Positions 39,934-49,442 of a stretch of DNA of 64,000 nt are shown here, in pieces. Made by a program: the position numbers and the translations under genes. The notes under the pieces were generated by a model that searched no databases, was not told the origin of the DNA, and saw nothing but the letters and a program-made list of their open reading frames with translations. Origin of the DNA: an uncultured Methylomirabilota bacterium (GTDB lineage: Bacteria; Methylomirabilota; Methylomirabilia; Methylomirabilales; 2-02-FULL-66-22); assembly GCA_963705305.1 (NCBI GenBank), contig OY970067.1, forward strand, positions 1,760,001 through 1,824,000. Direction: 5' to 3'. Positions within the stretch are counted from its first letter, which is position 1. The number at the start of each line of letters is the position of its first letter.

Positions 39934-40779
39934 ATGGACGACCCAAAGGTCATGTCGCTGATAGAGCACCTCACCGAGCTGCGGTCGCGTCTTTTTTACT
40001 GCCTCTTGGCCGTCCTCGTCGGCTCGGGCGTGGCCTGGCATTTCTCGGGCGACCTCCTCAACTTCGTGGAGCGGCCCCTCACCGGGCATACCTACCTCAC
40101 GGAGATCAAGCAGGACGTCTACCAGGTCGTGAAGCGGCGGTTCCCCGCCCTCTACGATCGCTTCAAGTTGGGCGAGGATGCCGCCCTCATCAATCCCGAG
40201 GACCGGAAACTGAACTACAGCGCTCCCCTGGAGCCCTTTTTCATTCAGGTCAAGATCTCCATGCTGGCGGGCATCATGCTGGCCCTTCCCGTCATCCTCT
40301 ACCAGATGTGGGCCTTCGTCGGCCCCGGGCTCACCAACAAGGAAAGGCGCATGGTCGGTCCGTTCATTGTGGCGGGCACCTTCAGCTTCTTCCTGGGAGC
40401 CGCGTTCTTCCTGGTGCTGATCTGGCCGGTGATTATCAACTTCTCCCTCTCCTACGAGTCGGTGTCCCTGCGGAGTTGGTTCAACCTCACGGCCTACATC
40501 AACTTCTGCCTCCGCCTGATCTTGATCTTCGGCCTGGTCTTCGAGCTGCCCATCGTCTCTGCCGTCCTGGCCCGCATGGGCCTGGTGACCGCCAGCTTCC
40601 TAGCCCGGCAGCGAAAGTTCGCCGTGCTGGCCAGCGCCATCATCGCCGCCTTCCACGCCGATCTCATCACCATGTTCGTGGTCTGGCTTCCGCTGTACCT
40701 GATGTACGAGGTGAGCATCTGGATGGCCCGCATCTTCGGACGCCGCCGCAAGGCCGCCGAGGCAGTCTCCTCGGCCTGA
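39934..40779 (+). CDS. tatC: Twin-arginine translocase subunit TatC
   Basis: MSLIEHLTELRSRL, YQMWAFVGPGL..KER, FGLVFELP, LYLMYEVSI. Confidence 0.95.
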   Translation: MDDPKVMSLIEHLTELRSRLFYCLLAVLVGSGVAWHFSGDLLNFVERPLTGHTYLTEIKQDVYQVVKRRFPALYDRFKLGEDAALINPEDRKLNYSAPLEPFFIQVKISMLAGIMLALPVILYQMWAFVGPGLTNKERRMVGPFIVAGTFSFFLGAAFFLVLIWPVIINFSLSYESVSLRSWFNLTAYINFCLRLILIFGLVFELPIVSAVLARMGLVTASFLARQRKFAVLASAIIAAFHADLITMFVVWLPLYLMYEVSIWMARIFGRRRKAAEAVSSA

Positions 40780-40828
40780 CGCCCGCCGGTCGGGCCGAGC
40801 CTCGCCACGCCCGAGGGGCCGGTCCGCC

Positions 40829-42358
40829 CTATCTCTCCCGCCCCGCCAGCTCTTCCATCGCCGCACGGATTCCCGCCCCCAGGATGCGCGTCAGGTGGCG
40901 GGTCACCGCGTCCGCCAGCCCCGGCTGCGCCGTCAGGTCCTGGCCCCAGAGCGCCGGCTGCGCCAGCAGGCCTCGCACCAGGGCCTGGGAATCGCGCGAC
41001 CTGTCGAAGGCCGCCCAGGCTTCCGAGAAGGCGGCCAGGACGGGGGCGTCGTCCCGGATGGGATAGAGCGCGCCGTCCCGCGAGCCGAGCAGCGCTCCCT
41101 CGCGGATTTCCGTCCCCCGATAGAAGACCAGCAGGCCGGCCAGCGAGAACGCCAGGCGATCCGGCCAGGCACCGAATCGCCGCTGGTAGTCCAACAGGCT
41201 GGGCAGCACGCGAACTCGGAATTTGGAGACCGAGTTCAGACAGATGCTGAGCAACTCGTGCCGGATATACGGGTTGCCGAACCGCTCCAGGACGGCCTCG
41301 GCGAAGGGGCGGGTCTCCTCCTCCGGCAGGGGGACCACCGGCACGATCTCCTCGAACAGGCCGACCCGCAGAAATGCTCGGACGACCGGGTCCTCCACCA
41401 GGTCGCGCATGGTGTTCAGGCCGGCAAGGTAGGCGGCCAGCGACGTCATGGTATGCACGCCGTTGAGGATGCGGACCTTGCGGTCCCGGTACGGTTTCAG
41501 CGCGTCCGTCCAGACGACATCCAGCCCGGCCTTCTGGAACGGCAGCTCCTCGGCCAGGCGCCGGTCTCCCTCGATGACCCACAGGTGGAACAGCTCGCCG
41601 GCCACCAGCAGCCGGTCCTCGTACCCGAGGCTGGCGGTCAGCGCGGCGATCTCCTCCCGCGGGTAGCCGGGGACGATGCGGTCCACCAGCGTGTTCAGGA
41701 AGTGGTTGGCGCCGTGTACCCAGGCGGCGAACCCCGGCCCCGCGCCCCAGGCCTCGGCGTGCTGCAGCACGATCCGCTTCAGCGTGTCCCCGTTCCGGTC
41801 GATCAGCTCGCAGGGAAGGACGATCAGGCCGGCCTCCGGAGCGCCGGCGAATGCCCGAAAGCGCTCCCACAGAAGGGCGGCGACCTTAGCCGGGAACGTG
41901 GCGGGCGAGCCACCGTCCGGTCGCGGCTCCGGGGCGTAGGCGATGCCGGCCTCGGTGGTGTTGGAGACCAGGAAGCGCAGCGTGGGGTTGCGGGCGCAGG
42001 CCAGGAACCCCTGCCAGTCCGCGTAGGGGTTGAGTCCCCGCGAGATGGCGGTGATCAGCTGCCGGCGCTCCACGGGCCGTCCGTCCTGGATCCCGCGCAG
42101 GAGGAGCGTGTACAGGCCGTCCTGCTCGTTCAGCTCCGACACCCGGCCCTGCGGGATCGGCTGGACGACCACCACCCGGCCGGAAAACAGGTCGCGGCGG
42201 TGCAGCGCATCCACCATCCAATCCACGAAGCCCCGCAGGAAATTCCCCTCGCCGAACTGCAGGATTCGCTCGGGCATGGCGGCGAGGCTGCCGACTTCCA
42301 CCCTGGCAGATACGTCCCGATGATGTTCCAGAAGCCACCGGCGGGTGATCCGGTCCAT
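40829..42358 (-). CDS. uxaB: Tagaturonate reductase (altronate oxidoreductase)
   Basis: ILQFGEGNFLRGFVDW, SNTTEAGI, PCELIDRNG, NTLVDRIVPGYP, RKVRILNG.HT, RFGNPYIRH. Confidence 0.93.
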   Translation of the reverse strand: MDRITRRWLLEHHRDVSARVEVGSLAAMPERILQFGEGNFLRGFVDWMVDALHRRDLFSGRVVVVQPIPQGRVSELNEQDGLYTLLLRGIQDGRPVERRQLITAISRGLNPYADWQGFLACARNPTLRFLVSNTTEAGIAYAPEPRPDGGSPATFPAKVAALLWERFRAFAGAPEAGLIVLPCELIDRNGDTLKRIVLQHAEAWGAGPGFAAWVHGANHFLNTLVDRIVPGYPREEIAALTASLGYEDRLLVAGELFHLWVIEGDRRLAEELPFQKAGLDVVWTDALKPYRDRKVRILNGVHTMTSLAAYLAGLNTMRDLVEDPVVRAFLRVGLFEEIVPVVPLPEEETRPFAEAVLERFGNPYIRHELLSICLNSVSKFRVRVLPSLLDYQRRFGAWPDRLAFSLAGLLVFYRGTEIREGALLGSRDGALYPIRDDAPVLAAFSEAWAAFDRSRDSQALVRGLLAQPALWGQDLTAQPGLADAVTRHLTRILGAGIRAAMEELAGRER

Positions 42359-42372
42359 GGGCAGGTCCCCAC

Positions 42373-42454
42373 GCCCCTTTCAATTTCGAAATTCGGACTT
42401 CGAAATTCGAATTTTTTCCTCGGCGTCTTGGCGGTGGGATGTTCTCGGGATGGG
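42373..42454 (-). repeat. Repeat family A copy 3
   Basis: Minus strand CCCATCCCGAGAACATCCCACCGCCAAGACGCCGAGGAAAAAATTCGAATTTCGAAGTCCGAATTTCGAAATTGAAAGGGGC. Confidence 0.85.
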
Positions 42455-42459
42455 CTTAG

Positions 42460-42750
42460 TACTCCTGGCCGTAATTGCGGCGACGTATCCCGGTCCCCCG
42501 GGCCGCCCCTCGGACGCTTGGCGCCTGCACCCACCCTGCGGGCGGGTACCCGATGCCGGCTCTCCCTGCACCCAGCCTACTCGGCCGGGTACCCGGGGTC
42601 GGCCACCAAAAAACGGTGGCCTCCGGGCCGGACCCGGGCTCGCCGGGTACCCATCCGGAGGATGGGTGTGGCGCGGCGTCTCGGGTCGGCCCAGGGGACC
42701 GGGAGGTTAAGCGGTCAATGGATACGTCGTGGAATTTAGGCCGCTAAGCA
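42460..42750 (-). mobile_element. MITE family C copy 2 (longer interior), flanked by CTTAG direct repeats
   Basis: Both ends match 24860-25041; CTTAG at 42455 and 42751; about 110 bp extra hairpin-rich interior. Confidence 0.85.
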
Positions 42751-42751
42751 C

Positions 42752-43315
42752 TTAGTTTCCGGGAATCGAGTGCCCACTCTCCTCGGGAACGGGCGTCTTG
42801 ACCGACACCGCCCAGTCCCGCTCCGGATCCTCCATGTCCAGCTTGCGGATGCCGCCCGGGAACCGCTGCTGTAGCTTCTCGTATTCGTGCCACACGTCGG
42901 GGTCGGGATGGCGCCAGTCGTGGAGGTAATAGACGGCCTTGATCCGGGCCTGCAGCAGCTCCTTGGTGCAGCCGAAGCACGGGCGCATGGTGGTGTAGAG
43001 GATCGCCCCCTCGACGGGGATGCCGAATCGGGCGGCGGACAGCAGGGCGTTCTGCTCGGCGTGCACGCAGATGCACAGATCGTAGCCCTTGCCGGCCCCG
43101 TATTTCTCCCGGTTCGCGCAGCGATCGCACCCCCCGTCCTCGCAGTTGACCATGTCGGAGGGGGTCCCGTTGTAGCCCGTGGACACCACGTGCCCATTCA
43201 GGATCAGCACCGCGCCGACGTGGTTGCCCCGGCAGTTGGCGCGGGCCCGCACCGCCATGGCGATGCCCATGAAGTACCGATCCCGATCCAGACGCGGCTT
43301 GCCATCCGGTGTCAT
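42752..43315 (-). CDS. dCMP deaminase / ComEB family zinc deaminase
   Basis: YFMGIA, STGYNGTP, CVHAEQNA, PCFGC. Confidence 0.92.
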   Translation of the reverse strand: MTPDGKPRLDRDRYFMGIAMAVRARANCRGNHVGAVLILNGHVVSTGYNGTPSDMVNCEDGGCDRCANREKYGAGKGYDLCICVHAEQNALLSAARFGIPVEGAILYTTMRPCFGCTKELLQARIKAVYYLHDWRHPDPDVWHEYEKLQQRFPGGIRKLDMEDPERDWAVSVKTPVPEESGHSIPGN

Positions 43316-43371
43316 GTCCGCCTCCCTGGCTGCATCTGGCGGCCGGCACGAATGCCCCCGCCCTCATCCCA

Positions 43372-43474
43372 CCCCACTCCGAACATATGTCACCGCCAAG
43401 GCGCCAAGGAAAAATCCGAATTTCGAAGTCCGAATTTCGAAATTGAAAGGGGCTATCTTGGCGTCATGGCGGTC
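43372..43474 (+). repeat. Repeat family A copy 4 (both ends intact)
   Basis: ACCGCCAAGGCGCCAAG...TTCGAA core...CTTGGCGTCATGGCGGT. Confidence 0.85.
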
Positions 43475-43763
43475 GAGAAGTTTTCCGGTTCAAGGCCCGC
43501 TCGGCGCAGCCGGCCACAGCGACGGGGCTCCGCGCGGCCCTGGACACAAATCGGTCTGGAAAATGGGCAGCCTGCCTGCCCAAAGATGATATCGGCAAGA
43601 AGTCCGGAACGGGGCGGGATCGCCCGATCCGCCGGAACGGATCCGGATCGCGCGGTCCCGCCTGCCGGCCTCGAGATGGATATGGCGGCGGAGCATGCCC
43701 GCGGACATCCCCCGGTTCCGGGACCGGAGCGGGAGAACCGGTCGGCGGGCACGCCACCCCTCG

Positions 43764-44231
43764 CTAGCCGATCTGCTCGACGAGGTAATTCTGAACCCCG
43801 ATCTGCTTGATCTGGTCCAGCTGGGCCTCCAGCCAGTCGATGTGCGCCTCCTCGTCCTTGAGGATGGAGACGAGGAGCTCCCGGCTGCCGTTGTCTCCTG
43901 CCTCCATCGCTAGCCGGATCCCTTCGTTATACGACCGCACCGCATCATACTCCCCCTGCACGTCGTTCTTTATCTGGGCCTCGACATCGGGGCCGATGGC
44001 GATGGCGTTCAGCTTGCTGACGGTGGGCGACCCCTCCAGGAACAGGATGCGCCCGATCAGTTTCTCCGCGTGCTTCATCTCGTCGATGGCTCGCTTCTCG
44101 TTGGCCTTGTGGAGCCGCTCGTAGCCCCAGTTGTCGCACATTTCCGAGTGCACCATGTACTGATTGATGGCGGTCAGCTCTTCGGCCAGGAGCGCGTTGA
44201 GCTTCTCGATCACCTTCGCACTGCCTTTCAT
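43764..44231 (-). CDS. bfr: Bacterioferritin
   Basis: MKG, ELTAINQY, IDEMKHA, RILFLEG, DEEAHIDWLE ferroxidase and heme-Met motifs. Confidence 0.96.
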   Translation of the reverse strand: MKGSAKVIEKLNALLAEELTAINQYMVHSEMCDNWGYERLHKANEKRAIDEMKHAEKLIGRILFLEGSPTVSKLNAIAIGPDVEAQIKNDVQGEYDAVRSYNEGIRLAMEAGDNGSRELLVSILKDEEAHIDWLEAQLDQIKQIGVQNYLVEQIG

Positions 44232-44292
44232 CGGGTCCTCCTCTCAGGGGAATAGGGTGAGGTGCGGTGGAAGGAACAAATCGCCTCGCCGC

Positions 44293-44661
44293 TTACGCGA
44301 TCGTGAATCCACCGGCACGGCAGAGGGCGACGCACTCCTGCACCAGGCGTTTGCGGCTTCCGCTGAAGTACTCCAGGGGAGCGTCCGTCTCGCCCCCCTG
44401 CGGCTCGTCGTCCGCGAGATCCTTGTGGGCCCGCTCCAGGGCCACGCCCAGATTCCGCGCATCCGCGCTCAGCACATGCTGGGACTCGCCGGTCCCGTAC
44501 CGGCCGTCCCAGAACTCCGACGAGATCGCTTTCGGCTGCCCGCGGATACGTACAGACGCTACCAAGAGAGCGGCAATGTCGTCAAGGAAAAGAGGCGGGC
44601 GCAGCCTGAATCCCGCGCGGCGCCCTCCGTATGCGGGATCGATATCCGGAGGCCCTTCCAA
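44293..44661 (-). CDS. Hypothetical protein or gene fragment
   Basis: C-terminal part (WDGRY..ADARNLGVALERA..FSG..LCRAGGFTIA) looks protein-like; N-terminus doubtful. Confidence 0.35.
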   Translation of the reverse strand: MEGPPDIDPAYGGRRAGFRLRPPLFLDDIAALLVASVRIRGQPKAISSEFWDGRYGTGESQHVLSADARNLGVALERAHKDLADDEPQGGETDAPLEYFSGSRKRLVQECVALCRAGGFTIA

Positions 44662-44796
44662 TCGGGCGGAAGGCGCTCTACCGACGGCCGGGGATGACCG
44701 CCCGCCCCCGGGCGGCAGGGGGCCGCATCATAGGAGCGTCGCTGTGGGAGGGGGACGGGGCGGCGGGACCCGGCCCGAGCGCGCATCGTCCGGCGG

Positions 44797-45570
44797 CTAG
44801 GGGGCCAGCTTCCCCCCGCCCTGCTTGAGGAGACGGTCGATGTAGGCGGAGATGAGGTCGGCGGCTCCCTTTTCGACGCCGACAAACTCCATCCCGGTGC
44901 GGTAGATGACCTTGCGCTCTCCGCCGGCCACCGTGACGCGGTGGCTGGCGAACGCCCGGACCGCCCGGGCGAGCACCTGGACCCGCTGTCCATCCACGGC
45001 GAAGGACAGCCGATAGATCTCGCCGGGACGCACGGGATCGGTGTGCTCGACCAGGGCGCCGGAAAGGCTGATGTCGATGAGGCTGACTTCCATGAGCTGG
45101 AGCTGGGCAGGCGACTTGAGGCGCATCCGGACCCGAGCCGCCCGTCGCCGCTCGTTGGCCGAAGTGCGGGGATCGGGAGGGAGGCTGGCCACCCTGACCT
45201 TGGTCAGCACCCGGCTCATGCACAAGGCCAGCTCGTCCAGATCGACCGGTTTCCGGACGAAGTCATCTGCCCCCTCGCGCAGCGCCCCGATGGCGTGATC
45301 GATCACCGAGGTGGCCGTGACCATGATGATGGGAAGGCTGGGCCGGCGATCCTTCATCTTCCGCAGGACCTCGAGACCATCCATCCCGGGCATGATGATA
45401 TCGAGAAGGACGATGTCCACGGTCTCCGTCTCGAGAAGAGACAGGGCGGTCTCACCGTCCTGCACCAGCAGGGGGCGCATGTTCAGACGCTCGCTGACAA
45501 AGTCTCCCAGGACGGTGAGGAAGAATCGCTCGTCATCCACCACCATGGCCGTACTCATGGCCGTATCCAT
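44797..45570 (-). CDS. Response regulator receiver fused to PilZ domain
   Basis: VVDDE, LLDIIMPGMDG, KP; then RRRAAR (RxxxR) and DISLSG (DxSxxG). Confidence 0.88.
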   Translation of the reverse strand: MDTAMSTAMVVDDERFFLTVLGDFVSERLNMRPLLVQDGETALSLLETETVDIVLLDIIMPGMDGLEVLRKMKDRRPSLPIIMVTATSVIDHAIGALREGADDFVRKPVDLDELALCMSRVLTKVRVASLPPDPRTSANERRRAARVRMRLKSPAQLQLMEVSLIDISLSGALVEHTDPVRPGEIYRLSFAVDGQRVQVLARAVRAFASHRVTVAGGERKVIYRTGMEFVGVEKGAADLISAYIDRLLKQGGGKLAP

Positions 45571-46367
45571 CGGGCGGTGACCTCCTGTCGGCTTGGGGGC
45601 TGATCTTCTGCCGCCGACGGCCCACTGTGGGATGCCTTCGCCCCGGTCCGCAGCGCCGGCAGACGCCGGTGGGCGCGGCAGAAACGCTAGCGTGCAGCTT
45701 GGCCAACTGTCAAGATGAAAACGCAGCCCCCGCGCGCCCGGCGAGGGGGCCGCCTCCGGCCTCCGCCGATCCGATTCGCCGCGCCGCCCTCGCCGGACTC
45801 GACCGGAAGGACGCTGTCCGCGTCGTGCGACCTGAGCGTGGAGGCCCGAGGGGGCGGCCAACCGCCGGGCCGACCGGATCCAGACACCTCCATGGGCGAT
45901 GCCGGCGTTGGACTCTGACGGGGGATACGGGCGGAAAGGGGGGGAATCGTCAGGCGAAAGCCACGCGGCTCACCCGGAGAAGCCGTGGGATGGCCCGACC
46001 GGGACAGGTGCTGAATTACAGCCAAAAAGCGCGCGGCGGCCGGGACCGCGTGGCGGGGAGGGGGAGGGTTTCCACACGATCCCGACCGTCGCGACACGGG
46101 CAAGGATTCGCATGAGGAACAGCCCGCCCGCTGGCTGCGAACTATACGTGCCGCCCACATGGCTGCCAAGGAAAGAATTGTGATATGTATCCCAACCTGA
46201 ACAATGCGTCCCGGGCCTCCGTACCCCACGGCCGATGAGAAGGGGCGACGCCTCCCCTTCCCGCCGTCCGGGCCGCGCCGGCTGGAGAAAGTGCTGGACG
46301 GCTCCCCCGGTTTATTGGTATGTGCAAGGGACACCAGCACATGGCTCAACCTTCTGGAGGGTGCGGC

Positions 46368-47165
46368 ATGGGAACACATCTCTTCGATCTCACCGGACGA
46401 GTGGCCGTCGTGACCGGCGGCGGGACGGGGTTGGGAAGGGGCATGGCGGAGGGGCTGGCACAGGCGGGCGCACTGACAGTCCTCGCCGGCCGCCGACAGG
46501 ACGTCGTGGACCGGGCTGCGGCGGAGATCCGGGCGGCCGGCGGGAAGGCGGAGGGGGTCGCGCTGGACGTGACGCGGTTCCGGGAGCTTCCGGCGTTCTT
46601 CGAGGCGGTCAGCAAGCGCCACGGTCGGCTGGATATTCTGGTCAACAATGCCGGTACGAACCGGCGGGCCCCCAGCTGGGAGTACACGGAGGCGGATTGG
46701 GACACCGTGATGGATTTGAACCTCAAGGCCGTCTTCTTCTGTTGCCAGGCGGCGGCCCGGATCATGAAGACGCGAGACGGCGGTAAGATCATCAATACCG
46801 CCTCGCTGGCCAGCACCGTCGCCTCCACCAACCAGGCGGCATATGCCCCCAGCAAGGCCGGGGTGAAGATGCTGACCCAGCACTTGGCCTTCGAGCTGGC
46901 CCCGTTCCGGATCAACGTCAACGCCATCGGCCCGGGATGGTTCCGCACACCCCTCAATGACGATCTCTTCCGGAATGAGGCCTGGGCCCGGGGCGTCCAG
47001 GCGCTGATTCCCTGGGGTCGGATCGGCACGCCACAGGACCTGATGGGCGCCGCGATCTTTCTGGCCTCGCCGGCCTCCGACTATCTCACCGGGCAGGTGC
47101 TCTACGTGGATGGCGGCATGCTGGCCGGCTACCGGGTCCCTCTCATGCCGGCGGCGGAGGCCTGA
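46368..47165 (+). CDS. SDR oxidoreductase (gluconate 5-dehydrogenase / KduD-like)
   Basis: LFDLTGRVAVVTGGGTGLG, NNAG, YAPSK, NAIGPGWF.T. Confidence 0.9.
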   Translation: MGTHLFDLTGRVAVVTGGGTGLGRGMAEGLAQAGALTVLAGRRQDVVDRAAAEIRAAGGKAEGVALDVTRFRELPAFFEAVSKRHGRLDILVNNAGTNRRAPSWEYTEADWDTVMDLNLKAVFFCCQAAARIMKTRDGGKIINTASLASTVASTNQAAYAPSKAGVKMLTQHLAFELAPFRINVNAIGPGWFRTPLNDDLFRNEAWARGVQALIPWGRIGTPQDLMGAAIFLASPASDYLTGQVLYVDGGMLAGYRVPLMPAAEA

Positions 47166-47238
47166 TCCAGCCCCGCTCGGCCCGGCCGGCGCGATCACGT
47201 GCAGCCGGCCCGTCCGCATTGAGGCCTGCGGAGAGCAT

Positions 47239-47925
47239 ATGCGCATCTTCGACATCACGCGGCCGATCTATCATGGCATGCCGGTCTACGAGGGAGACCC
47301 CGAGGTGGCCGTCCGGCCTTACGCCGTCCTGGCCGACGGGGCGCCCGCCGCCGTCTCCCACCTTTCCATGGGGACCCACACGGGCACTCACGTGGACGCG
47401 CCGGCCCACTTCCTGTCCGGGGCGCCGGGCGTGGACCGCCTGCCCCTGGAAGTGCTGGTGGGGCCGGCCCGCCTCTACGATCTGCCCGGGCCGGGCCACA
47501 TCGGGGCCGCCAGCCTACGCGACCTGGACCTCCGATCCTCTGCACGTCTCCTGCTCAAGACGCCCAACTCCCGTCAAGCCTTCGAGGGGCGATTTCGCCC
47601 GGACTACACCGCCCTCATGGGTGACGCGGCGCATCTTTTGGTGGAGGCCGGCGTCAGGCTGGTCGGCCTGGACGGTCCGTCGGCCGATCCGTATGCCTCC
47701 GAAGAATTCCCCGCCCATCGCATCCTCTTGCGGGCGGGCGTGGTGATCCTGGAGAGCCTGGACCTCTCGGCGGTGCCGCCGGGGGAGTACGAGCTGCTCT
47801 GCCTCCCACTGAAGATCCGGGATGCCGACGGGGCACCGGCCCGCGTGCTCCTGCGCGATCCGGTCCCCGCGGACAATCCGGCGGGAGGCCCGTCCGAATC
47901 CCCCGGCCGGCATCCGAAGGCATGA
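47239..47925 (+). CDS. Cyclase family protein (kynurenine formamidase-like)
   Basis: Intact HTGTHVDAPAH, ILESLDL, DGAPAR. Confidence 0.92.
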   Translation: MRIFDITRPIYHGMPVYEGDPEVAVRPYAVLADGAPAAVSHLSMGTHTGTHVDAPAHFLSGAPGVDRLPLEVLVGPARLYDLPGPGHIGAASLRDLDLRSSARLLLKTPNSRQAFEGRFRPDYTALMGDAAHLLVEAGVRLVGLDGPSADPYASEEFPAHRILLRAGVVILESLDLSAVPPGEYELLCLPLKIRDADGAPARVLLRDPVPADNPAGGPSESPGRHPKA

Positions 47926-49364
47926 GCATGCGGCGCACCAAGATCGTCTGTACCATCGGACCGGCCACCGCCTCTCCCGACCGGATTCGCGACCTCATCC
48001 AGGCCGGCATGAACGTGGCGCGCCTCAATTTCTCCCATGGCGCGCATGAGGAGCACGCGCAAATCATCGCCCGCATTCGCGAGGCTGCCGCCCAGGACGG
48101 GACGCCGGTGGCGATCCTGCAGGATTTGCAAGGGCCCAAGATCCGGCTGGGGACCTTCCGGCAGGGACGCGCCCAGCTGGTCGAGGGCACGGACTTCACC
48201 CTCTCCACCCGTCCGGTCGAAGGCACGGCCAGCCAGGCCAGCACCACCTACGATGGGCTTCCCCGGGACGTGAAGGTGGGCGATCGCATCCTGCTGGCCG
48301 ACGGCGTCATCGAGCTCCGCGTGTTGGAGGCGGGACGGGAGACGGTTCGTTGCCGGGTCGTGGCGGGCGGGGAGGTGGGCGACCACCAGGGGATCAATCT
48401 GCCCAACGTCTCCGTCAGCATCCCGTCCGTGACCGACAAGGACCGGGATGACCTCTCCTTCGGGCTGGCGCAGGGAGTGGACGCGGTGGCGGTCTCCTTC
48501 GTTCGGGGCCCCGGGGATGTCCGCGAGGTCAAGGAGTTGATCGCGCGGGCCGCGGGGGACCTGCCGGTGATCGCCAAGCTGGAAAAGCCCGAGGCCATCC
48601 AGCACTTGGACGGGATCCTGCAAGTAGCGGACGGCATCATGGTGGCCCGCGGCGACCTGGGGGTGGAGATGCCGCTGGAGGAGGTCCCCCTCATTCAGAA
48701 GTCGGTCATCCGGAAAGCCCGGGAGCACGCCTTGCCGGTCATCACCGCCACGCAGATGCTGGAATCCATGATCGCCCATCCCCGCCCGACCCGCGCCGAA
48801 GCGTCGGACGTGGCCAACGCCATCCTGGATGGAACCGATGCGGTTATGCTCTCGGCCGAGACGGCCACAGGAGAGTATCCGGTGGAGGCCGTCCGGGTCA
48901 TGGCCCGGATCGCCCTCGAAGCGGAGCGGGCGCTGCCGCAATTCGTGGAGGCCCGGGCCCTCGCGCGCGTCTCCGCCTTCCCCGATGTGATCAGCGAGGC
49001 GGCCTGCCGCGCCGCCAGCGAAGTCTCGGCCCGGGCCATCGTGGCCTTCACCCAGAGCGGCTTCACGGCACGCCTGCTCTCGAAATACCGGCCGCACGTT
49101 CCCATTCTCGCGTTCTCCCCGTCGGACGCGGTGCGGCGACGTCTGTGCCTGCACTGGGGGGTCGTCCCCATGATCATGGGGTACGTCGAAGATCTCGACG
49201 AATTGGTGGATCAGATCGAACGCACCCTCCTCGGCCAACGGGCTGTCGCGAAGGGCGATCCGCTCGTCATCGTGGCAGGCGCCCCTTTGCGGGTGCGAGG
49301 CATAACCAACTTCATCCGGCTCCACCAAGTCGGGGGGCACGGGGACCCGCTCCGCAGCCCGTGA
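47922..49364 (+). CDS. pyk: Pyruvate kinase
   Basis: RRTKIVCTIGP, ARLNFSHG, DLQGPKIR, IAKLEK, MVARGDLGVE, TATQML. Confidence 0.97.
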   Translation: MSMRRTKIVCTIGPATASPDRIRDLIQAGMNVARLNFSHGAHEEHAQIIARIREAAAQDGTPVAILQDLQGPKIRLGTFRQGRAQLVEGTDFTLSTRPVEGTASQASTTYDGLPRDVKVGDRILLADGVIELRVLEAGRETVRCRVVAGGEVGDHQGINLPNVSVSIPSVTDKDRDDLSFGLAQGVDAVAVSFVRGPGDVREVKELIARAAGDLPVIAKLEKPEAIQHLDGILQVADGIMVARGDLGVEMPLEEVPLIQKSVIRKAREHALPVITATQMLESMIAHPRPTRAEASDVANAILDGTDAVMLSAETATGEYPVEAVRVMARIALEAERALPQFVEARALARVSAFPDVISEAACRAASEVSARAIVAFTQSGFTARLLSKYRPHVPILAFSPSDAVRRRLCLHWGVVPMIMGYVEDLDELVDQIERTLLGQRAVAKGDPLVIVAGAPLRVRGITNFIRLHQVGGHGDPLRSP

Positions 49365-49442
49365 CCCGCTTGGGGGTGACGCCCGACAAGCCACCGGATA
49401 TACTTCAGCGTCTGTGCAGTGTTCTCACAACCCGAGAGGGAC

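Noticed and set aside
42752..43315. Antiviral dCTP deaminase (AvcD/Dcd-type)
   Set aside because: Single deaminase domain without the P-loop kinase domain and not in a defence cluster
45925..46000. c-di-GMP-I riboswitch near the REC-PilZ gene
   Set aside because: Has GAAA-containing hairpins but lacks the GGCAAA and GCAAAGC consensus spacing; cannot be supported without a covariance-model search
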